From Antedon mediterranea (taxonomy: Eukaryota > Animalia > Echinodermata): a stretch of DNA of 64,000 nt. The stretch is from NCBI RefSeq assembly GCF_964355755.1, contig NC_092670.1:3276201-3340200 (forward strand), written 5' to 3'. Below, one piece after another: positions 1 to 13,005 of this stretch; position 1 is the stretch's first letter, and every line of letters begins with the position of its first letter. A model generated the notes under the pieces. The model had not been told where the DNA came from and made no database searches. It saw nothing but the letters and a program-made list of their open reading frames with translations. The position numbers were made by a program, and so were the translations under genes.

Positions 1-5
1 CTTAC

Positions 6-168
6 CCTTTCCTTAGCAAAGCATTGATAGTAGAAGTTTTTCCTACTCCCTCAAGACCTACAAAAATAACTCTGCCTTGCTTAACTTCAGCTTTCCCTTC
101 TTCCAGGGCTTCATTATATGCTTTAATTGCTTCTGGTCCTCGAGCCTGTATCTCCACAGGAGTTAAGT
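6..168 (-). CDS. Exon encoding the start of a ROC (Roco-family) GTPase domain; gene continues beyond the window
   Basis: Translation LTPVEIQARGPEAIKAYNEALEEGKAEVKQGRVIFVGLEGVGKTSTINALLRKG has the pre-ROC helix seen in invertebrate Roco proteins, then a beta strand and P-loop GxxxxGKTS. Acceptor ttttcaag at 169-170 (phase 1); donor GG/gtaag at 5-4. Confidence 0.85.
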
Positions 169-1047
169 CTTGAAAATAAAACTTATTAAAATTAGTACAC
201 AATCAATGTAATTTACCAAATAGGGCATTCCACAGTATTTGGTCCGTGGGTTGAACAATTGTATTTACTGATTTTGATATAACTCTATCCATTTCTCAAA
301 GTAGAAGTTTATTAAATAACATTTTTTTTTATTTTTCTGATATATAGTTTCTAAGTTATTGAATATTATGAAAAACCATATTTCAATCAATCAATTCAAT
401 CAATCAATCAATTTCACGGACAGGACATTTTAAAATTCTATTTATTTCATAAACTATGCATCTTATTACTGTTTTATCAACAGATATAGTTACTTTATGT
501 CTCAATAATACATAATTCAAGTATTTAATTAAAATGTTGTTGTTTATTAATTCCATACATGTATTTCAAATTCATAAATGTCCACGACGTTTTAAGCAGT
601 TTTTTTACATTTATTTTAATGATGCCAAAAATCTTGATATTTCATTTTCTCCTGAGGACTATCATTAGATTATTAACACATTTGTTAAAAATGTTATATT
701 TTGATGAAAGTATCAGATTAAAAAAATATATTGTTACAGACGGGACATTTTTGTTATGGACGAGACATACAGTATCATTTAAATCCTAATTATTTCACAA
801 ACCATGAATCTTTTAAACATTTTTTTGCCAGATAGGCCTATAGTTACTCAATGTCCCTATTGTACATGGTAAAGGATTTTATAAGACATATTGTGTTTAT
901 TAAATTTCATATATGCATTTAAAAATTCATAATTGTCCCGTCCTTGCATAGTTTTGTGGTGTTTTTTACATTTCAGTTAAAAGTATTAATACCACAATTT
1001 ATATTTTTGTTTTCTCCTTTTAAGAACTATATGTAATACATTATAAA

Positions 1048-1225
1048 TCCAAAGGCAAATTACTGAGAAAAATGACAATGCTGTGGGTATCAGTGGCTGG
1101 ATCTCAATGGAGATAAAAAAAAAAAAAAAAAAAAAAAAAGCGAAAAGCTAAATCAAAACGATAAAGTAAACAGCCAGAAAAGTTAGCAGAGCTTTCGGGC
1201 AACACTAGCCCTTCATCAGTGCATT
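1048..1225 (-). mobile_element. 178-bp Penelope pLTR/retrozyme-like insertion
   Basis: Flanked by a 16-bp direct repeat tgtaatacattataaa (1032-1047 and 1226-1241). Contains a long A tract and a minimal hammerhead motif. Confidence 0.7.
1186..1222 (-). ncRNA. Minimal type I hammerhead ribozyme
   Basis: Minus strand reads GCA-CUGAUGA-A-GGGC-uaguguu-GCCC-GAAA-GC-UC-UGC: conserved core, 4-bp stem II, palindromic AGCU stem III, 3-bp stem I. Predicted cleavage after CUC (between 1189 and 1188). Confidence 0.75.
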
Positions 1226-2593
1226 TGTAATACATTATAAACAAATATTTTGAAACTATCATATTTAAAAAAAATATATTGATGACATTTTTCGTAGGAA
1301 CTTAACGGGACAGACATTTTTGTTACGGATGGGACATATTATTTAAAAATATTTTATTTTATGCATCTTGTTAACATTTTTTCCCATACATATACTATAC
1401 TATTACTTTTTATTTTACAGTAAGCTCCAATTGTTCATAATCAAGTATTTTATTAAAATTGTTTATTAATTTCATACTTGCATTTAAAAATGCATAATTG
1501 TTAATTCTGAGACATTTTGATTAGGTTTTTCCTCACTTTTCCTCAATTATTGAAGTAATGGCTAGAATCTAAGACCACAGCGTTGATAGTCATTTTGTGT
1601 TACTTTTTGGTAACTTTATAGAACAAAACTGTAATACAAGTTGCAAAATGGCATTGGAATCATTCACTAGAGCGTTAAAATTATAGATTAGGTTAAAAAA
1701 TATCAAATTGCGTGTGATGCATGCAGGTATGCATGGCAGGCCTTTTAAATTATTAGAATCGACTTATTTATTTATACCATTTAAAGACGAAAACATTATA
1801 GGCCCTAGTATTTATTTTTACATATAATGCAGTTTGTGACCTTATTAGATCGTTAAAATGCATACGAATGCTATTAAATAAGTACAATACTCAAAAGCCC
1901 CTTTCTCACAGAGCTGTGTGCCAGGAATATACCATTACCATGCCGGTATGGTTTTCTGTGAGAACGGGTCGTCTTGGCATCATGCCGGCATCGACATGAC
2001 CTGCTTTAGACCTAGTAATATTACTAGGGATATTCCCCACAATGCCAGACGGGCATTCTGTGAGAACGTAACGCCGTTACATTCCGGGGTTATATTTAAT
2101 TCCCGTCGAGGCTTTGACACCTTGCGCGGTCAAGTGTATCACTTTGGCGCCGATTCATTCAATTAACAATAATAATGTCGAACTGGAGGAATAAGAGAGC
2201 TGCTTAAAATAAGGGGACAAGAAGAAATTTGTAGCATTAGGCCATAGCTCTTTGTTGGTGCCTGACCCTTCGTCGCCTTGTAAATTTTACAGCCTTCTAA
2301 GGTGTTTTACAGATTGCCGATGAGATGACGGCTATTTAATTGCTGTACCTGTATAATATATGCACAATATACTGTACATAGCATGTATTGCATAGATATG
2401 CTATAAAGGAAGATAATAATCTGTAACTTAAAATTCGCCGCCATATATTGCTAGACAAAAATAATAACAATAAAGCACGCTCTCAATAATTATTTGAATA
2501 TGCCCGACTCTTTTCTCACAGAAAGCCGGTATATACCGGTTACATTTCCGGTGTAAGATTGAATTGTGTCCAGCATTCAAAAGTGTCCGGGTG

Positions 2594-4533
2594 GCGATTT
2601 TTTTTTCGTACATAAGTTGGGGACCCCCCTCATGAAACGTCACAAAATAAACATGAATAATTCATCAGTTAAATTTTCTTGTTCCGTGTGCACCCAAGCG
2701 TATAGCAACAAGAAGTGATTACACAAGTGCGGTACGATTCTAGGCCTATCTCCGCTGTTGTTGCGGCGTGCGATTTCATTGAAGAATAGCGGCGTTTTGT
2801 GTGGATTGTGGAACTAATCAGCCTTTAGTTTATGGTGTTTTTAATATAATTTATTACTAAAGAATTACGTGTTAAAATTATAGTTTCTATTAATACTATA
2901 GGCCTAATTAGTAGTCTCTAAACCCATGTCTATTCTAGTAGTAGCTGTGTGGGTGTGTGTGACGTGTGTGTGTTAGGTATGACACAATCCGAGTAATAAG
3001 TCAGCAAAATTAAACATTAAACATTACACAAAAATACATTTTTTATTCTCGTGGGTCTAATCTTCCCATCTCATGTGTTCATATACGCGCATTTTTAAAG
3101 TTCTTTTGAATTCATGCATATTGTTTGATAATAAAATAGCAGAATTAAAAAAATACTGTACACAAATTATACACATTCTTTATTCTTGTGGGTCTAAGCT
3201 TTTTTTGGGCTATGTCCAATGAATTACTACTTAGTTTAATGTCTTGCCTAGCTGTCGATTAGCCTCGACTCGACACATTTTGTGTGAAGAATAGTGCGCG
3301 AAGGCAATCATGTGAATTGACTTCAGTTAACAAGGACTCTGTCCATGATAGAATCACTACTTAAAGAAAATTGCGAACCAGATGTTTTAAAAACTTACAT
3401 TATCAAGGCAGAGGAACAGTTCAGAAAAGTTGAGTTAAAACACTCTGAACTGATTGATGTAATTGAAGACCAGGGAGAATTTGAAACGGAAGAGAAATGG
3501 ATGTTAGAATGTGAGATGGATTTCCTTCAAAAGTTGGTATGTGCAAAACGGGAGATTACCCTGCGCCACTCACAATCTACAGTCGATGTACCATTTTCAA
3601 CTCCAACAACTCCTCTTCAAACATCAGCCTCAACGCAGCCTGCTGGTACGGTTGCCTCGCCGCCTGCATTCAGTTCACCTACACCTCGACCTGCTATGGC
3701 AAGGTCAACGCCTACCATGGCAAAGATGAAGTATCCTACATTTAATGGCAACATCCGGGATTACAAAAGATTTATAGAATTATTTACACATTGTGCAACT
3801 AATCTAACTGAGATTGAATGTTTCTACCAGCTAACTGAATCTATGATTAACAGCAAAGAAAGAAACATGGTTAAAGAAGGATGTATCGATGTGGCTAGAG
3901 CTTGGGAAGTGTTAGATGAACGCTACGGAGACAAAGACAGAGTGGTTGATAGTCTGTTGAAGGATCTAGAGAATTTAAAGTCCTATGAAAGTAAGGACAA
4001 GATCAACATTCCAGCCATGAGTCGTTTTGTCCAAACCCTTCAAACGTTTGAAACCAGAGCGGAAACCATTGGTTTATCTGGAGAATTGAACAGCAAAATC
4101 ATGCTGAGCCAAATAAAACAGAAGTTACCAGAAGAACACAGAATAGCTTACTATAAAAGCGTTAGGGACAACGACACAGGTCATTCTCTCACTGGCTTGG
4201 TTAAATGGCTGTACAGCCAATTATTGTTACTTGAGAAAGCTATGCCCATGACTGAAACTGAATCATCTTCATCGTCAAAAAAGGCTTCAAATGCTGCTGT
4301 AGTGTCATCTGCAGAAGGATACAAGTCAGACTACAATAAAAATCCCTAGATTAGAATCCTAGGCCTACTGTAGAAAGAATCGTATCGCAGTTGTTCGTGT
4401 AATCACTTCTTGTTGCTATTGGCCTACGCTTGGGTGCACACGGAACAACAAATTTAACTGATAATTATTCATGTTTATTTTGTGACGTTTCATGAGGGGG
4501 ACCCCAACTTATGTACGAAAAAAAAAAATCGCG
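2594..4533. mobile_element. Non-autonomous TIR element (family X, copy 1) carrying a BEL gag fragment
   Basis: TIRs of about 150 bp (gcgattttt..cgtacataagttggggacccc...). Imperfect 8-9 bp TSD tccgggtg(g)/ttcgggtg(g). Other copies at 34482-37469 and 37470-39495; a TIR tip at about 46793-46865. Confidence 0.75.
3322..4349 (+). pseudogene. BEL/Pao gag (capsid-region) fragment, open frame, truncated at both ends
   Basis: ORF 3345-4349 has YPTFNGNIRDYKRF, AWEVLDERYG and IKQKLP motifs typical of BEL/Pao gag. The stop is created by the junction with family-X sequence. No LTRs, zinc knuckles or pol. Confidence 0.75.
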
Positions 4534-4784
4534 TTCGGGTGGACACTTTTCAGCATTGGATAGTGTCCAGTTGCATGTTTCAACGGGTTCGTGGGCGTTT
4601 TTCAACAATTTAATGCTGTCCGGCCCGTTTAATAATGTCTGACCCATGGATTGAAATGCGTCCACTATTAAATACTGTATCATACGTTTTATGATAGGTG
4701 GTTGTTTTTATCACGCCTGCACTTGTCTTGTCTTCTTTTAATAACAAATAATACTTAATGATGCCAAACTAATTTTTTTTTCTA

Positions 4785-6255
4785 ATTAAAGATCGCTTTG
4801 CCTAAACACCTCCAATTAGGGACCATTATATTATTTGGTATGTGAAAAGACAAGAAGAATAAATAATTGTTAAGTATGTGACAAAAACAAGTAAATGAAG
4901 TGGTCCTCTTCCAATTAAAAATCACTTTACCTAAAACACCTCCAATTAGCGACCATTATATTATTTAGTATTAATAAAGCAAGAAGAATATATAGTTATT
5001 AATTATGTGACAAAAAACAAGTAATTGTACTGGTCCTCTTTCAATAAAGGACCACTTTACTTAAAACACCTCCAATTAGCGACCATTTTATTAATTGGTA
5101 TGAGTAAAGACAATAATAATTAATAGTTTTAATTATGTGACAAAATTAAGTAACTGTACTGACTGGTCCGCTTCCAATTAAAGATCACTTTACTTTAAGA
5201 CACCTCTAATTAGTGACCATTTTTATTAATTGGTATGAGTAAAGGCAAGAATAATTAATAGTTTAATTATGTGACAAAATTAAGTAAATGTACTGGTCCG
5301 CTTCCAATTAAAGGTCACTTTACTTTAAGACACCTCTAATTAGCGACCATTTTATTAATTGGTAGGAGTAAATACAAGAAGAATACATAGTTTTAATTAT
5401 GATAGTGACAAAATTAAGTAACTGTACTAGTCCTCTTCCAGTTATAGATCACTTTACTTAAAGAAACCTCCAATTAGCGACCATTATATTATTTAGTATG
5501 AATAAAGACAAAAAGAATACATAGTTTTAATTTTGTGATAAAAACAAGTAATATTGTACTGGTCCTCTTCCATTAAAAACCACTTTACTTATAGACACCT
5601 CCAATTAGTGACCATTTTATTAATTGGTATGAGTAAAGACAATAATAATTAATAGTTTTAATTATGTGACAAAATTAAGTAACTGTACTGGTCCGCTTCC
5701 AATTAAAGATCACTTTACTTTAAGACACCTCTAATTAGTGACCATTTTTATTAATTGGTATGAGTAAAGGCAAGAATAATTAATAGTTTAATTATGTGAC
5801 AAAATTAAGTAAATGTACTGGTCCTCTTCCAATTAAAGATCACTTCAGTTTAAGACACTTCCAATTAGCGACCGTTATATTATTTTGTATGAATAAAGAC
5901 AAGAAGAGGAAATAGTTTATAATCATGTGATAAAAAACAAGTAATTGTACTGGTCCTCTTCCAATTAAAGATCACTTCAATTTAAACACTTCCATTTAGC
6001 GACCGTTTTATTATTTTGTATGAGTACAGACAAGATGAATAAATAGTTTATAATCATCTGTGATAAAAAACAAGTAATTGTACTGGTCCTCTTCCAATTA
6101 AAGATCACTTTACTTTAAGACACTTCCAATTAGCGACCGTTTTATTATTTTGTATGAGCACAGACAAGAGGAATAAATAGTTTATAATCATGTTATAAAA
6201 AACAAGTAATTGTACTGGTCCTCTTCCAATTAAAGATCACTTTACTGTAAGACAG
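4785..6255. repeat. Tandem array, unit about 120-130 bp, about 12 copies
   Basis: Recurring tggtcctcttccaattaaagatcactttact..acacctccaattagcgaccatt units. Confidence 0.9.
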
Positions 6256-6271
6256 ACACGACTAAAAGGTG

Positions 6272-6345
6272 AAATAATAATAACAAATAATAATAACAGG
6301 ATTTTTATAGCGCACATACCACTCAAGAGTGCTCAAGGCGCATTT
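6272..6345 (-). mobile_element. 3' tail fragment of an L2/CR1-group LINE
   Basis: (aat)n tract next to tttatagcgc...gctcaaggcgc stem-loop. The same motif recurs at 59730. Confidence 0.45.
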
Positions 6346-8367
6346 AAAAAAAAAATTTATAAAAACAAATCATACAACTCTCCCGGTCCCGAGAGCCGCT
6401 GTTTTGAGGTTGACCTGACAATTGTGGCAATTACCAATTGGGACATTACCCTTGCTGGACATCTGGTAAAAATAAATACTGATTATGCTGCCACTTTAGT
6501 ACACAAAACGATAAATAAAAAAAAATAATACAACTTGTAGCATTCCCTTTAAACTAATACAGTAGGCCCTGTTCAAAACTGCTAGTGTAGAAAAGTCAAA
6601 TCCACCAATATAATAAAACCTAGAACTAGCTAATGATGTAGAAACACCAACAGCTTATTTATTAAATAAAAATTAACATTATACTAATGTACAACTCAAC
6701 AGGTAATGTAGTAACGAAAATTGCCTCACAGCTAATGTAGTTAATATCGCCAGCTAATAAAATATTATATATTTTACAAACCTAAAATGTCTAAATCGTG
6801 TGCAAATGTATTTCTCTACTTGCCTTCAGTCTATCCACCTCTCGTAAGTGATCGGCTTTCAAAACTTAGCACTCTGATCGTAAGCAACCACCCTTGTTAG
6901 CGACCACCTTTAATATTTAAAAGGGACTACCTCTGTTAAAGGACCGCTTCTCACAATGGACAACCTCCTGAAAGGGTAACCACCTCTCATAACGGACTGC
7001 TTTTCATAAACTACCACCGCTCGTAGACGACCACTTCTTTTACCGACTACACCTCCCGTAAGTGACCACCTCAATAGAGGTGGTAATTTGCGAAAGGTGG
7101 TCGTTACGGAATTATGAGAAGTGGTCCCTTAGGAGAGGTGGACGGTTTTTTTTTTTAGATTATTCGAAAAAAACAAAAAACCGAAATACCCTTGAGTGAA
7201 CGAATAATTATGATGCGCAATTAAGGTGTTTATTTTGCCATATAAAATATAAAAAAATAAATATTTTTTGGTAATATGCATCAACAATATTTTTCAAATG
7301 TATTTTAGATAAATAAATAAATAATGTAAAATCTCTAGAAACAAAAAAAATATTGTGACTAACCAATTCAATGTTTTATTAAATAAAACCAAAAATCAGG
7401 CATCTGTGAAAAAAAATATAATGAAAAAGAACTCACGTTAACAATAGCGAACTTACTTGTTTAAAGCACTTTTGTTATCAGTTAATATTATTAAATTAGT
7501 AACAGTATTATGAATATTACAAAATAATATTTTGAGAACTGAAAAATATTTTGAGGGAACAAATATATTTAGGGAGAACAAAATAAGATTTCAAGAACTG
7601 AACAATATAAAAAACGAATTACTACTTCGAGACAAGGAATGATCGAGAGAACGAAATAATTTCGAGGGAAATTATTTCGTTCTCTCGCGAATTAGTAATT
7701 CGAATTCCAATGAAATAATATTTCGAGAGAACGAAAATAGGTAGGCCCTATGCCTATATGATTTAGTGATATTCATTCCCTAGAAATAATAATACAGTAC
7801 CGGTAGGCTATATATTTTTTCAAGTTGTCGATTTACTTCAAATTGACAACAGGTTGTTACTCAATCAAAAACAAACAATTTAATTTGATTAGACTATATG
7901 TCTCCAGATATAATAATAGTAATATTTATTTCAATCGACTTGATATTTTGCGATTAAAGTTGGTATTCTAAGGAATTATAATTACCCTAACGGGAGTTGG
8001 TGAACGTCCAGTGCCCTAGTTTTTACGGGGTTAATATGATGTCGATGTCGATGGTCCTACTTTTTTATCGATGAAAGCTGCCCGGGTGGTTGCAGCCATT
8101 TTCAACAGCTGGTATTACACTATTCAATGCTGAAAATTATCCAGTGGACACTTTCAAACACCGGACACATTTAAATCTTACACTGGCACGATAGTCCGAT
8201 GAGAATGGGTATATGCCGGTAACGATACCGGTACGACGCCAGCATAATATACCGGTATATTGCAGGCACATCTGTGAGAAAGGGGCTAAAGTGAATTTGA
8301 AACACAATGTTGACTTACATATTGCAATAACAGAAAATTCACTTGAAAAAAAAATTAAAAAACATAC

Positions 8368-8409
8368 TTTCTGTATTGCTTGATGGTCCAGCTTCACTTC
8401 TTGATTGTT
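8368..8409 (-). CDS. 42-nt linker micro-exon (EQSRSEAGPSSNTE)
   Basis: aaattag acceptor and gtatgt donor, phase 1-1, open frame continuing from the tDED exon across a 168-nt intron. Confidence 0.7.
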
Positions 8410-8577
8410 CTAATTTTAGTACAGTATTACAACATCCGTTTTGATGAATATAAAATTATAAAGCCTTTTATCAATAATATAATTTGTTTCCCTAAAACCA
8501 TTCTACTACAGACCTATATCAAGTTATTTTTTGGATTTTTGCTGTATTTATGAATGAGCTTATACTGCTTTTTTTAC

Positions 8578-9132
8578 CTTTTAATGTTGTCAATGCCTCC
8601 ACTTCTTTCATCATCTTTCTATCTGTAAGCAGTTTAATGAATTTGTCCATCTTCTCTCCTTTTGCAAGTGTGCCTTTCATTTCCAGTTTCAAGATTAACC
8701 AAAACGGATCTGTGTCTTTGTTGACCTCCTTAATGCCTTTAAGGCGGCCAATAGTTACCATGTTCTCTGTATTCAATTGCTGACCAAACGCTATCAATTT
8801 TCTTCGATGCTCTGAAAAATGTCTGAATGGAACGGATTTGAAGTTTGGTAATTTCACAATTTTCGTAATCACGTCTTGAACTCCCTGAAGTCCGCATATA
8901 TTAGTAGCTTCAATGAGGATACCGATGTCTGCCGGTTTGAGAAGTCCAGGACCCTCAAGTAGACCAAGCAGATGATATGGTGTACTTTCACTCTCTATTT
9001 TTTTCAAAGTAATGTTTGTATCATGATTCGTGAACTCGTTAAGTAACACTCTCAGCATGTGAATGTTTCCACGTTTCTTCCACCAAGTAGATACATCAGT
9101 GAGCAGTTCATTGTAATCGTCATCATTCAATT
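8578..9132 (-). CDS. Exon encoding a second tandem DED-like (death-fold) module, 185 codons
   Basis: ttgttag acceptor and G/gtaaaa donor, phase 1-1. Pattern YNELLTDVS..LLGLLEGPGLLKPADIGILIE then FSEHRRKLIAFGQQL..LILKLEMKGTL parallels exon 42562-43071. Confidence 0.75.
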
Positions 9133-9879
9133 CTAACAATAGTAATAATACAAGTTATTAATAATAATATCATTACGTGTTAAAGAGTCAAAACTGTATA
9201 ATATGTGGATTTATTGATTTTGTATTCTAATATTCTTTTTTGTTATGTATATAGTATGTCCTTTTTTTTTGGCTAAGGATTGATATTTGACATTTATTTA
9301 TTTGTTCTTTCTTTAAACTGAAATATACTTTCAATTCAAATTTACTGATTTACAAAGTGGTTCAGTGAATACACCATATAGTAACAAATATAAAAATTAA
9401 AAAGAAAAAGGCGGATGAATGTAAGAAAAAGTTAGGTATATATAATATATATTTCCCTAAGTGAAGATTTGGAAGTAGTAAAGGACTTATTATGAAGTTC
9501 AAATTGTAATCGTTATCATTCGAATCTAATAATTAAAGAATACGATTTATTAATAATAATATCATTACGTGTTAAAGAGTCAAAACTGTACCATATAATA
9601 ATAATTTATTGATTTTATATTTATTCTGACATTCTATTAAGGAATTTGACCTTATTGATTAAAAAGTATTTTAACAAAATAGGGAAAAGTGACAACCAAC
9701 TAAACTACTACCAAAAGTTAAGACTGAAAGAGCAAAGATATTCACCACCAACTTCTGAGTTTTCAACCAATGGTAGGAAATCTTTATTTATTTTTTCGGT
9801 GCTCACTTTTCCATTTTAATTGTTTTACATATTTGGATGTTTTTTTTATGTAATAAAATATTCTGACTGCCGAGGATTG

Positions 9880-10520
9880 CAATTTCGGCGTGAATCAGTG
9901 GAGCGGGATGTGGAAGCTGAAGGAGAGCAAAATGTGGATGACCGAAAAACATGCGCATCATCCACAGTTCGTAACTCTTCTAAGAGAGAGAGAGTTTAAA
10001 GCCTTAGAATTCTTCAGTTTCATTGACGCTGGTGTTCGAGTGCGGAGCTCAGTGCCATACCTTTGCTTAACCAACTTAGGAAGGCCTTTGTGGATGAGAG
10101 AGAGCCAGGTAAGAACTACCAAATTTTCCAACGAGGGCGAGTTCTTCGTCCTCCTGTGTTTGGGCATCATGGTGGGAAATGCCCCCGTCTTGACGTAGTA
10201 AGTTATCATGGACGAAAGCAACTAAGCGCTGATAGAGATCTTCCGGTCGTTCATTATCTTGTAAATGTATATCAGCAAAATCAATAAAATGGGCGCCGGT
10301 TGACTGGAATCCATAATGAAGTTGGATAGTTTGCCAAATTTGTGAAAAAGTGAGGAGGAGCTTTTAACAATGGTATTCCGGGAAATTATAGGGCAAAAAT
10401 TAGCGATCTGACCGAGCATGAGTTCAAGGATAGTGAGTTTTTGTTGGGCGGTATGACGACGTGCAACAGGTACCTCATCATTGTCGTGAGTTAAGCCGCG
10501 AAGGGGAGATGCCCTGGTTT
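9880..10520 (-). pseudogene. Degenerate LTR-retrotransposon gag-like remnant
   Basis: Frameshifted pieces MLGQIANFCPIISRNTIVKSS, GFQSTGAHFIDF and [34 protein letters not shown] resemble an invertebrate Gypsy-type gag. Multiple stops and frameshifts. Confidence 0.55.
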
Positions 10521-12514
10521 TGGGACGCCAAATTGAACCATCTAGGAGAAATGGGGTTGGTAAGTATACACTTTTAGATGCAAGTTAGGCCGAATACTCA
10601 ATAAAACTCAATGGACACACTGATCGAGACTGATTCCGTCTCGATATCTATTTATCCCTTTCTCTCTAGAGGGCAGTATCACATTGCTGCGATATTACAT
10701 CCCTCTCCACCTTGTTTAGTCTCTATAAATTATTTGATTTAAAAGGTATTTGTTTTGCAAGTACTAAAATGCTGAGATAAAAGGATTACTCAAGTACATA
10801 AAACGTAATCCTGTTGTGGTGTAGCCAATTTGCCTAAATTAGAAAACGATTAAAAATTGACAACTAAAACATTTGTTTCCTTTATCTATAGTAGTAGCTA
10901 CATTAGATCAACTTTCGTATGCACTTAGAGGTCCAGAGAATTTGACTTCAGAAATTGGTTTAGAATGGTCAAACAATCATTTTTGGCTTGGTTACACATT
11001 TTGAAAATGTGGCAAAAGGTCAGGGTGAAAGGTTTAATACCAAACACCAATAGGTCCTTAAACCTCGACAACCACTGGTCACAGCAAGGTAATTTTGGTC
11101 TCAAATTGATCAGAAGGTATACAATTATATTTAGTCTAATGGGACATTTTAGTGAAAAATTACCGAAAATGCCATTTCTGACCTTTGACCCATTTCCCAT
11201 GTATGTATCTCCGTAACTAAACTGTTTGTAGACACTTAAATTGCAATATACATATTATTTGTTGCACATTTTGAAAAATGTTACAAACGGTCAAAGGGTC
11301 AGGTCAAGGGTTATATGAACAAACACAAATAAGGTACTTGTATCTCGGCAACCACTGGTCGCAGCAAGTCAATTTTAGTCTCAAAATGTTGAGAAGGCAT
11401 GCATTCATATTCAGTCTAATGGGACATTATAGTAAAAAATGATCAGAAATGCCATTTCTGATCTTTGACCCACATACCAGGGCATGCAAGTACTGGTCGT
11501 AGGAACTTAAATTTGGTATCAATATGTTGGAAATATACATATTTACATTCATTCTAACAGAAAATTTGGTGAAAAGATGATCAGAAATACTATTAATTAC
11601 TAATGTTTCAAACAAAAAACATCCCTCTACACAACTTATTCTTATATAAATGTTATGCAATAACTGATGCTTTTTAAAGCATTTAAAAATGGTTTCATCT
11701 ATATATAAATTTACGTAAGGGCAAAATTCGGTAAATCGCGCCTTACTTCTAGAATTTTTACTCGATGGTATATAAAGTTGGTTCGTACTTTCGGTACTGA
11801 TTTTAACCACCTGATGTAACCCTGTTTACTAAGTAAATTGAGTTAGATAATTAGTTATTGACGATTAAAACGAATTTAGGTTCAACGATTTGCCCCAAAT
11901 AGGGGTGTTTTCCGATCGTGGTATACACTGTCTAATGGATGTCCATCTTGAAAAATACCCGCCACAAAAATGCGAGGAGGCTTCGCATTTTCCTATCTCC
12001 TCCTACGATAATTGTTTTTAATAGCTGAAAACCGGTTGAACAGCTAGAGTACACCATCATAATGTTGAAGACAGGCCGATTTTCTTAAAAAAATACTATT
12101 TTGATAGATTTAATATATGATTATACAAATGTATTGATTTGCGATGAATGGAACATCCCAATCTCTCAGTCTGCCAGAGTTTGGTTTAACACAAGTAGGT
12201 AAATTTATGAGCCCTTGGTTTAACACATACGGTAGGTAAATATATGGGCCCTTTGAGAATAAACTTGCAATACTTTGACAATACTGTAAATACCTATTAA
12301 CTATTTTTAGTCCTCATTTGAATCGAACATTTCTTACTGTGAATGTTCGTACTGTTAGATGTAATATAAAAATATATACAGATAAACTTTATTACTGAGA
12401 TTGTGGTTAGGATCTACTGTTAGATATATAAACACATTATTATATACAAATACACTTTATACTGACAGTTCCTTCTCAACGTTTGTATTAATTAATAATT
12501 ACCAATAAAATAAA

Positions 12515-13005
12515 CGTCGTAGTGGTGTATCGTGACATGTACTTTAATATTTCAATCGATTATGACAGTGACAGTTTTAACAAAATATTAAATCGCAAAT
12601 GTTTTACTGTATTTAGAGGTATATTATTTATAGGCCTATAAAACACGAAAAAAATATTTCGTTACTGAGTGGATAAAGAATATATTTAAAAATTGTTCCT
12701 CTTTGTACCTATCCGCTTTCCCATCCCTCAACCCTAATGTTACATACAAAACACAAATTGGTTTCTTTAAATGAGTCCAAATCAAAAATTTGGACTCATT
12801 TTGATAAGGTTCTCCTTCGGAAGTAATTCCCAGGGTGCTAATTTTAGTTGACTAAATAAATCATCGTGTCTATTTATTCGTTTCTGTAAACGACAATGTA
12901 TTATAGTCCTGCGGTACGTACATTTGAAATCGCCAGTTTTGCTACGCTGAAATTACTGTGTATTCGAGAACCATCTGTGGGCACGACCTAGATGGTAAGC
13001 GAGCG
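12515..13005 (+). mobile_element. Older partial copy of the Helitron/Helentron-like element
   Basis: Aligns by eye with 13610-14100, ending in gacctagatggtaagcgagcga. Confidence 0.6.

Larger units (their letters stand above)
2552..8182. mobile_element. Non-autonomous Ginger1-like DNA transposon
   Basis: Termini TGTAAGATT...AATCTTACA, imperfect TIR of about 70 bp, 4-bp TSD ccgg/ctgg. Absent from the second Harbinger copy, which reads ttccggcacgat at this site. TGT..ACA termini with CCGG TSD match Ginger1. No integrase ORF seen. Confidence 0.7.
1896..8287. mobile_element. Non-autonomous PIF/Harbinger-like element, copy 1, interrupted by nested insertions at 2552-8182
   Basis: TIR agcccctttctcacaga / tctgtgagaaaggggct with 3-bp TSD aaa. 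Parts 1896-2551 and 8183-8287 align with copy 2 at 47939-54724. Confidence 0.8.

Noticed and set aside
4785-6255. Possible CRISPR-like or coding repeat
   Set aside because: The whole unit is repeated with drift; no spacers and no ORF.
6375-6470. GC-richer patch that might be an extra host exon
   Set aside because: Lies inside the Ginger-like element, and the phase-1 frame after the candidate acceptor hits a stop within a few codons.
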